NCBI GenBank assembly: GCA_051530055.1 | Contig: CM121341.1 | Span: 15,478,784-15,542,783, forward strand | DNA length: 64,000 nucleotides | DNA from: Neoechinorhynchus agilis | Lineage: Eukaryota > Animalia > Acanthocephala | Direction: 5' to 3' | Shown here: positions 48,984-60,159 of the stretch, in pieces | Position numbering within the stretch: the stretch's first letter is position 1 | Layout of the letters: the number at the start of each line of letters is the position of its first letter | The notes under the pieces: model-generated | The model's input: the letters and a program-made list of their open reading frames with translations, nothing else | Told to the model about the DNA's origin: nothing | Databases searched by the model: none | Position numbers and translations under genes: made by a program

Positions 48984-51631
48984 TAGAAGCGAAGTGAAGT
49001 GGAAGGAAGGGGCATGATTACGAGCGACAATGAGGAAAGCGATGACAGTCACGATAATAAGGAATCTGGTGAGAATACAACAATGAAGTTTTCGTCGGAT
49101 AATTCGGCTGCATCACGATTGTCGTCGGATACAAGTACTCACATTACGAATATCATCAAATCCGTTTCGAAGATCACTGCTGTAAGCATGCATGGGTCGT
49201 TTGTGGAAAACCTGGTAAATCGACGTCTTTTAAGCCCGCTATAAACCTTAACGAGGAAAGCACAATGAACCCAATTAGAAAAAAAGAAGCATCTCAACCC
49301 TTTCAGAGAACAACATCAAGTCCAGAAGCTCACAAATGGAAACTAGTGAGTACTACAGTGTTTTGAAAAGGGTTTAAATGTATAAATGTAATGATTAGCG
49401 AAAGTAGAATTAGTTTAAAATTTAAAAAGTACCGCGAAATTCGGGAAACGACATAAAATAATGATGAGATTTAAGTTATTGTAGTTCAAAAAGAAACGAA
49501 TGACCTTACAGGAAAAAAATTCTCTTTACAAATGAATTGCCATTCGTGATATGAAAAAGATCGGGCTAACGATTTTCAGGAAATTCACTTGTTTTATTCG
49601 ACAATGAAAACAACACCGTTGAAAATTTATATGTTTTTTAATAAACTTTTTCACAAGATCGTTGAGCTACAAACGATTTATTTATATTGAACAAAATGCT
49701 TCAACGCCTTTTTATTATCCTCTTTAGAGATTTGCATTTTCAATAAAAAAGCATCACGAAAATCAATGTCAAGATAAGGATCAACGACACAGCCAACAGA
49801 CAGGAAAACCTCAAGTTTCTACTGAAGATATTCGCCAAGTAGGTATAAAAACTATCTTCAAATAAAAACACAATGTAGGCTATCGCGAATGATCATTCAA
49901 ATCGGTTGATAGTTCTGGTGGATCAGCATTCATTTTGGATGGAAGCAGGAACCCCGTCTTATTCTCAAATTCATAGACAAATTGCTGATGGCTCTTCATC
50001 GCTTCTTAATATCGACCAAGCAGCTAAAGTATATCGAAAGACTTTTATAGGACAAGAACATTGGAATTTCATTGGGACAGACAAGGATAACAGACATTAC
50101 GTCCTTTCGTTTATTCGCGTTCTTGATGACATTCAAGATTTGAAATATCGAGCGGTGCTACGCACACCCTTAAAAATGATACACGGCATCATTGATTCCC
50201 TTCGATATCCACAGCCGATCAGCGTATTTGATATATTCAGAGCAACTTTACCGTCGGTGCAAATTGAAAAATACATACAACTTATAGATGAAAAGGTGAA
50301 TTTTGGGAAGGGGTTATCGTACGTTTGATCTGTTCGACATTAATCTTAGCTTAGATATATGACGAACTCGCAATATACGACGAGCAATCAATCACCAGGA
50401 ATTTTAAGTTCGGTATTTTGTACCAGAAAAGTGGCCAAGTTAGTTTTCACTGCAAACGTTCTCGGAATTAACGTGTTAATTTTCAAAAAGGTTACAGAAG
50501 AAGAAATGTACAACAATGAGGAAATGAGCCCATTTTTTAAAAGATTTCTCGACGTTATTGCACAGAAGATCTCACTCAATGGCTACGGAGGGTATTTCTA
50601 TTGTCGTAAAACTCTCACTTTACATTCAAATCTTTTACATAAGGTACAACGGCGAACTGGACACAAAATATGACCTTACCGGTGAATCATCTTATGCAAG
50701 CAATTTTGAAGGAAACCAAATCATGTTCCACGTTGCTACTCTCCTTCCGTTCAATCCAAATGACCCACAACAAATTGAAAAGAAAAGACATATCGGTAAT
50801 GATATCGTCGCTATTGTTTTACAGGAACATGGGGCAAAATTTTGTCCCAGCGTTATTGGTTCACATTTTTTACAAGTATTTGTCTGTTTGCAAAGGCAAA
50901 GCGAGGACGATAATGACAACATGATAAAGGTAATCTAACTATAATAAAATTAAAATTCAGTTAAAAAATTGACTTATGAGAAAATCGAAGTATTATTGCT
51001 AGGCTTTATTTACTGCTAAAACTACGACGCTTACATGATTTTTTTAATTTATTTCTTAAAAGCCTAACAAGATTTAAAAAAAATGGAAAATTTTGGCTAA
51101 ATTCGGTGGGATGATTAAACAGTGCTGTGATTTATAAATTTTAAAAGATTGAACGCGCATAATACATTATTTTTCGAACACTTCTAGGTAGAAGTAGCAG
51201 CTACACCCGAAGTGTCAAAGTTCGGACCTTACATGGAAGCCTCATATTCTTATGAGGATCCAACATTTCGGCAACTTCTTTATCGCAAAGATTCTCGGTA
51301 TCAGAGGATTCATGATACCAAGAAGTTTTGAAATATTCAAAGCTGATAAATGGTCAAATAGCAGCCTGTAGCTTCACTGGGAAGATTGGAATGCTCTTGA
51401 GAAAAAGAAGAGAAATGTTGTTTGACCATATGATTAACAAGTTGATTGATACGACAAGAAAGGAAAGTCCAATAGAAGATAAGAAAGATGTTTCTTGTTG
51501 TAGCGAACTCGAGGTAGGTTTCAAAACCCGCAATAGACCACTATTTAAGCGAGTTTAAGGGTAAACCTGTACTCCAAGAAAGGAAATTGAGAAAAAGGGC
51601 TTATACGTCCCCTGGATTATCGAATAATTAA
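48984..51631 (+). CDS. RAP1GAP: Rap1 GTPase-activating protein family (Rap1GAP/SIPA1L-like), multi-exon; further 5' exons possible
   Basis: EHWNF, FKFGILYQKSGQ.TEEEMY, F..FL, G.LD...D.TG, IMFHVATLLP, QQIEKKRHIGNDIVAIV, SHFLQVF, KLING; exons join via GT-AG introns except one (51290-51342). Confidence 0.9.
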
Positions 51632-51783
51632 GATAAGAAGAATATAAATCCAAAACAATGTACATGAATTTAAAAACAAAAATAGAACTGCCCTGTCGAA
51701 TGTGAGCATGCACCCAATTGTCATTCTTAGAATTACGGTGAAAATACTCCCGGTTAAGAGGTATTTTATTGTTTAGAAATTTT

Positions 51784-52474
51784 TCAAAGGAGCAAGCCTA
51801 AGCTAAAATCGAAGGATTTTCTCCATATGATTATCGTTCTTTCGCTGAAAGCAGGTCTTGTGCACTTAAAAGTCCAATATCTTGTCGTCTCTGCTGAAAA
51901 TCATGTCTTTGAAACTTAGAAATTGTTTCCTGCAAGGAATGAAAGTTGTTAAGTGCATCAGATTTTGTTCTATTCGCTTAATTTCGATTTTTGGGCCTAA
52001 TTAGCACAAACAAGTCAGATTAACAACACAAAATTCACGAAAAATGCGTGATATTGTTAAAATAAAAAAGACATTGCAAAAACTAAATTTCATTTGTAGT
52101 CCCAACCAATGGTGTTTTTTATTAATAAAAATCGACGAAGCACATTTCGCTTCAAAATGGAACACCAAAAGAGTTTGGTTCCTGAAGATCTTTAGTGTAC
52201 TTAGTGTTCTATCTCAAGTTTTATCTATGCGCGGTTAAAGGTTCGATCTTATAACGAATTTGAAAATTTTAGATTATTTCTCGATAAAACTTCAGTCCAC
52301 GTTCGCCCACCTTTCAGTGCGTAAACTTCGTTTAAATACCAAAGCTTTATCTTCAAAACCCCATTGAAGGGCATAAACCGAATCTAAGTCGACTTTGAGA
52401 ATTGTATTCTTAATGGTTGATTGTGCAGGTTTTAACTTCAGCAAAATTAGAACTGCGAGAAGATATTGCTGCAA
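51784..52474 (-). CDS. Possible secreted DOMON-domain protein (middle exon not resolved)
   Basis: Signal peptide MQQYLLAVLILLKL, YALQWGFEDKALVFK, and a downstream exon RQDIGLLSAQ..RTIIIWRKSFD resembling DOMON strands. Confidence 0.4.
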
Positions 52475-52849
52475 TATAATAGCAGATACTCAATAAATCA
52501 AGTAAATTGTTACGCAGCAAATGTTTTCCATCATTAAACAATACAATCGGTAATAGGGTTTTCTAGTAAAGTTTTGAAGATTTCTCAGCTATCTACATGA
52601 TGAGCACGAGCGGTTTGCGTACTCGAAATTTTTGATTTTTAGCTCATTCGAAAACGCAACCAATTCGTTTCTTCAAATCGTTTAATCGGCACACATCCAG
52701 CAGCCGTCCACAGAAGTGCGCATATACTTAGGCAAATCCTGACAATAACTGGACAGCGCCGGTATAATGTATAGCATCGTCCTTGATGTCTGTGGACGTT
52801 AATAATGAATAAGATTCGAAGTGCGGTCAAAGTTTCGTAGTCTACGAGA

Positions 52850-53245
52850 TGATTAGCGAACGATGTTTGACCAATGACAATCTCGGGGTCATCTACATGG
52901 GAAAAACTGAACGGCCTTTCCGTCAACGTTTGAAGGAACACCTTCGAGGCACACTGAATCCAGACGCAAAATTATGGCCACAACACGGGCAACACACCAC
53001 TCAGAGTCCCATTGGGACGGGGAAAGACTCTCCACGTGAGTTAGGTTTTTGGCCAAGGACCCGGTGGAACTATCTATCGACGAGGTACTATTTATATCAC
53101 GGGCAGTTGGACGGGACGAACTTTCCACAATTCAATGTCGCTACTTTAACACACACTTCACATCTCCATGCGCATTTGTCGGCTAAAATGTCCATTTAAA
53201 AACAAAACTTGATCAATCATACGGCTGGAAAAATCAAGTAGTATT
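52850..53245 (+). mobile_element. Penelope-like GIY-YIG fragment with 3' tail
   Basis: IYMGKTERPFRQRLKEH; CTTCACATCTCCATGCGCATTTGT shared with 44307-44330; tail shared with 35880-35940. Confidence 0.7.
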
Positions 53246-53256
53246 TCACACTACTA

Positions 53257-55741
53257 TTAAAGTTTATTCAAATGAGCGTTAAGCTCACAGTACTCAGCTG
53301 AGACCTTCCAAAGCTTCTCGATGTTCTGTTCGCAATTGGACGCACAGCTCGATGAAGTCATCTTGCAATCGGAGAAATATTTTCCAGTTACTCTTTTTAA
53401 TTCGGGGCATATCGCACAATGTATCGAGGTTTGCGCCCCCTCTGTAGGATTTTTAACATATGACTTGAACAATGGTACCAATATTTTGTTTGCAAACGTC
53501 CACATATTCGAAGAGCTCGTAAGTGTACCGGCAAACCCCGTCTTTACTAGCCCTGGATGCAGAGCATTCACCGTTACATTGGTCCCTAAAATGACGACAG
53601 AAGTTTTGTGAATCAGGATTTTGGAATTTATAACAAATATTTGCTAATAAGCATTAAAACAATTTCCAGCCATTTTTTAGAGTTTCCGGATCGGAAAGTT
53701 TTTAGTTCTGTTGAATGACATTCGAGGAGATGTTGGTATTAAACAAAACCAAAGGTCGAATGATCCAAACCGGCAATCAAAAGTTGGCTTTTATCATTGG
53801 AAAATACTAAGTTGGTATCGGTTCTCACAAATATTTTGTGACTGAAACCGAAATATCCTTCCGTTTTATATTCATCTTTTGAGAAAAGTATTTAATTTCC
53901 GATTTGCGAGAAGCGTGTTAGGGTAGAAAACGTCCCCTGAACATTAAAAATAGTTAAAAAATCTTGGCAAATTAAAAAAGCAAGATACCTTCAAGACGCT
54001 TTGCTAATCCTTTTGTGAATAGAATATTGTAAAGTTTTGCATTAGAATATGCAAACCATGCTCTCTTTTTTATATTTGTCATTCGATCCCAATCTGCTTT
54101 TCCCACTAAAATATATGAATGAGGTATTTATAAAATAAATTTGGAATGGCGTTTTAACTTTTATGCGCAAGACTTGAAACGTTTATTATTCGTCCTTGTT
54201 GCGATTTCTTCACGAGATCCAAGATAAGGTTTGTGAACAGGAAATGTCCTAAATGATTAGTCTGAAAGTGAACGTCGAATCCGTCTTTTGTTAATTCCGG
54301 ATTAACCAATGCTCCTACAATATTATTGTAAACATAGTGAATTGAATGTCAATTGTAAATACCTGCGTTATTTAATAGAATATCAATTCGTTCAAATTGT
54401 CTATTAACTTGTGCCGCACATTGTCTAACAGAATCCAATGAACTTAAATCCATCAGTACATATTGAATATCAGATTGTGGAAATTCGCCTTTAAGGAGTT
54501 CAATCGCACTCTTGACTTTTTGCTCATTGCGACATGCAAGTATTAGTTTGCACCCTAAAGTAGATTATTCTTAAAATTTCCTTCCTATGAGGTCTAATAG
54601 ATTTTGTGTTTATGAAGTTTTTGCGGCATTCAGGGGGAAGTAGTATTATAGGTCAAGAATATTCCAAGTCTGCATATTTTTGTTTATAAAACGAAAAATA
54701 AATTCCTGGAAAAGGTATAAGGAATAAATGAATATTTTAACTGATTGGACAGTTTTTAAATTGTTTGTTTATGGCGAAAAAAATTGAAGGAATAATCTTG
54801 TGCCTTTATCAAGGTTGTTGAAGTGTTTTATGTTAAAGTACCTTGATAAAGGCACAAATTCTTTTAATTTTTACGCCATAAACAAACGTGAATAATTCAA
54901 TCTTCAAACAGTAAAATATATGAGATTACGTTGAAATCATTATCTCAATCTTTCTCGTAATAAATACATTTTTATTGGTAAATAAATATTTACCTTTGGC
55001 AAGAAGTGCCTTTCCTGTCTCGAATCCAATTCCAGAATTTCCACCAGTAATTAGAACGATCTTATTGTCAACACGGGCGGTACAGCTACAGCTCCCTAAA
55101 CATAAATTGGAAATTAATAAAACCAAAAACAAGGTCAAACCGCCGAACCACCTTTGGCGCAGGGCACGGAGTTGGGATCTGCCATTAAAATTATGTTTTT
55201 TTCAACAAAAAAGTAGTATTTTAGTAGGTAAATGTCATGTGTCATCGCTCCTTAGTCATTGTTAGCAGATATGAGTATTATTTCCCGCACTTTAGCTTTT
55301 TTAGCATGGAGTCAAAACGGAATGTACCTTACTCATGTCGATGTCAACGGAGCTCACTCTTTGGTTGCAACCAAACAAATAGAGAGTTTGCATTAATTGA
55401 AACAAAATTGATCGAAAAGACTCCTATGCGAAAACAGGTGCAAGAAACCCTCAACAAAGCAATATTTTTCGCTAGCTCCATAACTAAAATGAATTCACAC
55501 TGTTCTTAAAAAATATTTTTGTATTTATCCTGATGAAACTCGTACTGTGCACTCCTGAAGCGGCAATTCTGTTATCATCTTAAGACCTATGAATTCAAAC
55601 TTAATGAAATTGTACAAATATCTCAAAACGTGCTATTCGTCACAGACTTTTGTTTGAAAACAAAATATCGACAGCGCAGAAGTGATAAGAAGTTCGAGGA
55701 TTTTACCTTTTACTGCTCGGGATTGCCGAAACCTGTCCCAT
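53257..55741 (-). CDS. Short-chain dehydrogenase/reductase, RDH11-14-like, multi-exon
   Basis: ITGGNSGIG, LILACR, DLSSLDSV, LLNNAG, FQTNHLGHFL, RIINVSSLAH, AYSNAK (YxxxK), VNALHPG, GAQTSIHCA, GKYFSDC; in-frame GT-AG introns; first exon (ATG 55741) less certain. Confidence 0.9.
54764..54910. repeat. MITE-like palindrome in an SDR intron
   Basis: TTTGTTTATGGCG...GTGCCTTTATCAAGG / CCTTGATAAAGGCAC...CGCCATAAACAAA. Confidence 0.75.
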
Positions 55742-55807
55742 ATTCCTGAGCGTGCAAAAACAAATTAGTAAAAACCCAATTTTTAAGAAAAAAAACGTGT
55801 TTTTTTT

Positions 55808-55975
55808 TGGCGGAAAAGTTGAAGGAATTTTATTAAATCCGATGATTCGGCACAATCTTGTGGCTATACGTTTACAACCTTGATAAAGGCACAACATTGT
55901 GCAGAAATATCGGATTTAATAAAATTCCTCAAATTTTTCCGCCATAAACAAATATGAATAATTCAATCTTCAAGC
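55808..55975. repeat. Related MITE-like palindrome upstream of the SDR first exon
   Basis: GGCGGAAAA..GAAGGAATTTTATTAAATCCGAT / ATCGGATTTAATAAAATTCC..TTTTCCGCC; shares CCTTGATAAAGGCACA and the flank GAATAATTCAATCTTCAA with 54764-54910. Confidence 0.75.
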
Positions 55976-56299
55976 GATAACAGAAATGTTTTCTTTGGTC
56001 TTTATGATTTATTCACAAAAGCTAGATCACAATAGATATGTCGAGCAAAAGTAGGGAAGTAAAATAGTCAATAAATCATTAGACGGCATCGACAGATTAC
56101 GGTAAGCTAGCAACTGGAAAACATTAATGGTAAAAAGATTAAAAACTGAATTCACATTAACATGGAATTACTACTTTCCTTGCGATGGTTCCTTATTATT
56201 TTTAAGAAACGATGAATTTGCGAATCACTTTGATCTCTTATCTTGACCAAATCTTACCAGCATTCACACCACCGCTCTGGATCACTCAGCTGCCGTCCT

Positions 56300-56830
56300 G
56301 GTGTAATGGTCGAAAGGACGGATGCAGCGTCCCCTCGTTGAACAGCAGGACTTATGTTTTACAGAAGGAATACCCCTGCCATCTGATCGCCAGGACTGCG
56401 AGGGTGTCCACGAACGTGGCGTACCAGAGGGGGCATTTTCCTTGTGGCCACGGGAATACTGTGACACCGTCCGGTCTGCGGCCATCGAGTCGGCAAATAT
56501 TGCTCGGCGCTGGGATGTTGGGCGCATTCACAGTATTCAGGGCACGACTAAGAATTACGCTCACTTCGGCGTGTTGCCGACCGACGAGACCACGACGTCC
56601 AGATGGTTCCACGGTCGCTCCACAAAGGCAGCGATTGGATGTGCACATCGATACTTCAAGTCTCAGGGACATTGCAATCCCTACTGTACCCACAGAAGTG
56701 ATTGGGATAGCGTTGAGCCAAGCACCCGATTCTTTTGTAAAGACTGCCGCCAATCGAGTTCGGTTCACCAGGTCATGAGAATCTGAAATTAAAGAGTTAT
56801 GAATTCTCGCTACCAGGGGTGAGTACAAAA
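56300..56830 (-). mobile_element. CRE-like RLE retrotransposon fragment (Zn finger and endonuclease)
   Basis: ESGAWLNAIP, RLEV..C..CLCG, RLDGRRPDGVTVFPW.QGK..W.ATFVDTLA. Confidence 0.8.
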
Positions 56831-57618
56831 CTGATTATTTGCAACCATTGGCGGTTACTTGCTCGTTACCGGAATCTACACATCAAAGATTAAGAGACCA
56901 CAAAATCTCCATCCAAAGTGTAATTCTCGTCAAGAACGAATTGAACTATTTTCCGGCTTACTTCATACGATCCCGAATAAGCTGGCAGAGGAATATCGAC
57001 TGCAGGAATATCGGCTGCTTTCGGATACCACCGAATTCCAAATTCGATTTTTTCCGTTTAACAAACTGAACCTTCGTTTTCGGTTTCCGATCCAAATTTT
57101 CTGTGACGGATGCTCTACTAGGCATTTAAGACACGCCCCTATGCAACCTCGACAATAATCCCTCCCACCTTACCCGTATGATTCAACTGGCTTGTCATCG
57201 GCAAGGTGAACACAGTAGAAATCAATAAAACACTGCCACAATCAGGTGTACAATCTCTACAATGGCGAGGGGAGTAAAATATTCAAATGTGACTCCGGAT
57301 TTAAAGTTGGTAGACTTGAGGCTGGGTTGGAATTCTCGGTCACTTGGTTAAGCGATTGATCTTCCAGGAATGGGTGCTTATACTATTATTCAAATTTTTA
57401 TGCTTCACGTCGCTAGCTGAAGAAAGGTCGAACTCTATAGATAAATTGTTTACGAGGTTTATTATGGCAGTTATATGTCATTTGCGTGCTTATTATGTTT
57501 ACTTTTCTCGCTTCTTAAAAAGAAAAGTGGAGGTTGGTAAAGACGACATCGCTTCTAGCCGAGAGAAGATTTGGAATTATTGTTTAGGTCTACACCCGGT
57601 AAACGATTATTTATTAAA

Positions 57619-57650
57619 GACGTTTCGAACTTCGTCAGGTTCATCATCAG
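57619..57650 (-). ncRNA. Minimal hammerhead-ribozyme-like motif, sense to the convertase transcript
   Basis: CTGATGAT-GAAC-CTGACGAA-GTTC-GAA-ACGT-C. Confidence 0.62.
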
Positions 57651-57690
57651 TTTGTTTGTTAGCAATAGACGCTATCGATCAACAAACAAA

Positions 57691-57722
57691 CTGATGATGA
57701 ACCCGACGAGGTTCGAAACGTC
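57691..57722 (+). ncRNA. Minimal hammerhead-ribozyme-like motif
   Basis: CTGATGAT-GAACC-CGACGA-GGTTC-GAA-ACGT-C, identical to 44018-44049. Confidence 0.7.
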
Positions 57723-57818
57723 TTTAGAGAATAATTCCAATCACATTCCCTGGTACCTAACATATCGACATTTGGAGAGAAGATTTTTTATGTAATAATT
57801 TTTATCAAATACTATCTT

Positions 57819-59712
57819 TTAAATCCAATAATTCGCTTTTGTAGCATTAGTACCAAACAATTCGAGGGTCATTTCGCTTAACACAAACGATCCATACGAG
57901 TTAGAATTTGTGACATGGACACTCCAGCACCCCTGTGGATCCTCGAACCAATGCAATACTGAATTGAATGTCCAATTTCCAAAACCGAATATAATGTCTT
58001 TGTCAAGGGGGCGAAAATTCAGCATGTAAATTGGGCGTCCATAAGGAGACGTAAGTTTAATTTTAAGCCTTCCTCTGAAACCAGGGTCATCTTCCACTGG
58101 TTGTATATCAACTCTCAATCGAACATGTTCTAAACTGGTTATTGTCTCAGGGATAGTGAACTTGTGAGCATCAGTGCAGACTTCAAATGTTGTTTCCGTC
58201 TGTGGATTTATTAATAATGATCGTGAAACGTTGAAGGGGATTTGACAGGTATGTAGTTCTGGAAAAGTTTTATTCCTCATAGCCTTGGCTCCATCAACAA
58301 ACCGTTTTGCATCTAATAATCCAAATCCAAACAAATCACTCGCCCATCTTCCAGCTCCGTTTTTCCACCAAAAATCATTGGAGACAATTCCTGAATGCAT
58401 TTGTTCAGTGCGTCTAGAAGAAAGGACTATCAAGTTCTGAATTTGTCTGTAGCTTAGATCAGGGTTAGCTTCTAACCCAAGGGCGATGATAGCTGCAACC
58501 ATGGGTGCTGCTGCTGAAGTTCCAGAAAAATCATCGATGCAAGAACCAAGTGTACCAGCGGTCACAATACCAGCCGAATTGCCGTCCCCCGTAAAGGCAC
58601 TTGTCATTATTGAAGGGCATTGTTCGGTGTAATGTGGTTTCCTGTGACTTCTTTGCACGCCTGCAACCGCGATGGTGTATAGAGAACTTATAAGTCCGTC
58701 ACACGAGCAATGATCCAAATATACGCCTCCGTTTCCTGATGCTACAACAAACGGAATTCCCTTTCCATCTCGTCCCAAAAGGGTAGCGTCGTTTAGGAAT
58801 GACTCTTCGGTAACGCTTAAAGGCCTCAATGTCTTACCATCATTTATTGGCCCAATTGACATACTGAAAACATCGATGGATGTATTTATAACAGTGTTGT
58901 AGTTCCAATTCTTGAAAACAAGTAAAATTCAATATCAAAATTCATAGGAGCTCTAACAGTTCGCTTTTCTTAGTTTATAGTATTCAGTAGTACCATGGTG
59001 AATTTTTACGACAATCTCCAAAATTTGAGAACTCTGCATTAAATAAAAGTTTCAAATTAAAATCAGAATAAAGTTGCAGTATGAATCAAATCGAGAAAAT
59101 CCATCAGGATGGTAAATTTTGACTTGTGGCGAGGATAATCCCGGTTAAAAAACATTTTTTTAAGCGGGATTATCTTCACCATAAGTCAAAAATTACAGTA
59201 TGTTCCGCACAACACTGCGCTACAAATGAGGCGAGCGAATTAAAGGTCCGGTCTTCGCCAAACAGTGTATAATCGTTAGATCTGAAGTCAACTAGTTTTG
59301 AATTGAACGCTATTCCGGCCGAACAGAAGCTGTTGTTGGGCTTCGCTGCTATTATACCAGCGCAAGCTGTTCCATGCGACAGCGACAGAAAGTTATCATT
59401 TATGATGTCGCTTCCGGGAATGAATTGTTTTATAAGACTGTCTTTCAATTCAGGATGATTTGTTTCAATACCTTCATCGATCACGGCCACGACGACGCCT
59501 CTACCAGTGTATCCATCTGCCCATACGCGATATATGTTCAATCCTGAACTGTATAGGTGGAAAGTTTCATGTAACGATGGATCGTTGAACACCGGAAAAT
59601 TTGGTTCGTTTTGGTTGACCTTTATGAAGCTGGTCACATTTTGATAAAATGAAAGTGCATTCGAAGATTGAGGAACCACGATGAGGACGATCAATGAACC
59701 GAGAATAAGCAT
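57819..59712 (-). CDS. Kexin/furin-family proprotein convertase (S8B catalytic domain plus P domain), two exons, no visible prodomain
   Basis: Signal peptide, [19 protein letters not shown] (Asp), HGTACAG (His), VASGNGG (oxyanion Asn), FSGTSAAAP (Ser), P domain LEHV..RGRL..SPYG..W.F..V.HW.EDPQG.W; in-frame GT-AG intron after NSLASF. Confidence 0.9.
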
Positions 59713-60159
59713 CGGCGGTAGAGAAAAGGTAGGTTGTAGCGTCTTGAAAACGTCGCAATGTCATTTAAGTCCTAAGTTGGGTCAGCCATTTATTAAAGAT
59801 GAGGGTAAGAATAATGTATAACGTTATTTCTAGCAAATGCAAACGAAATTCGTGAGGTACAAAATGAGAATTGTGTTTTCTACAACCCCGGTGTCTCACA
59901 TATCGACATTTTATGTAGATTTACCTAAGAAATTTTTCTGTCTTCATTCTGATTGTTTTTTACTCATTTTCCGATTTTCTCAAATCAAGGTTACTAAAAC
60001 TATGTTTTCTTAGATTGTCCTAAGGACCTTTAAGCACTACATTCAGTAAAGTAACACAATAGAGAATTTATTGAAGTTGCGCAGACCAATACGACTCGTA
60101 AATAATGCCGAAAAATCAATATCCGTGCTCCATGAATGGAAGATGGGAAATGTACCAAG

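Larger units (their letters stand above)
57570..57770. mobile_element. Penelope-derived palindrome with two intact hammerhead-like cores (same family as 43940-44670)
   Basis: Arms ~57613-57661 and ~57680-57727; terminus TCCCTGGTACCTAACATATCGACA. Confidence 0.85.
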
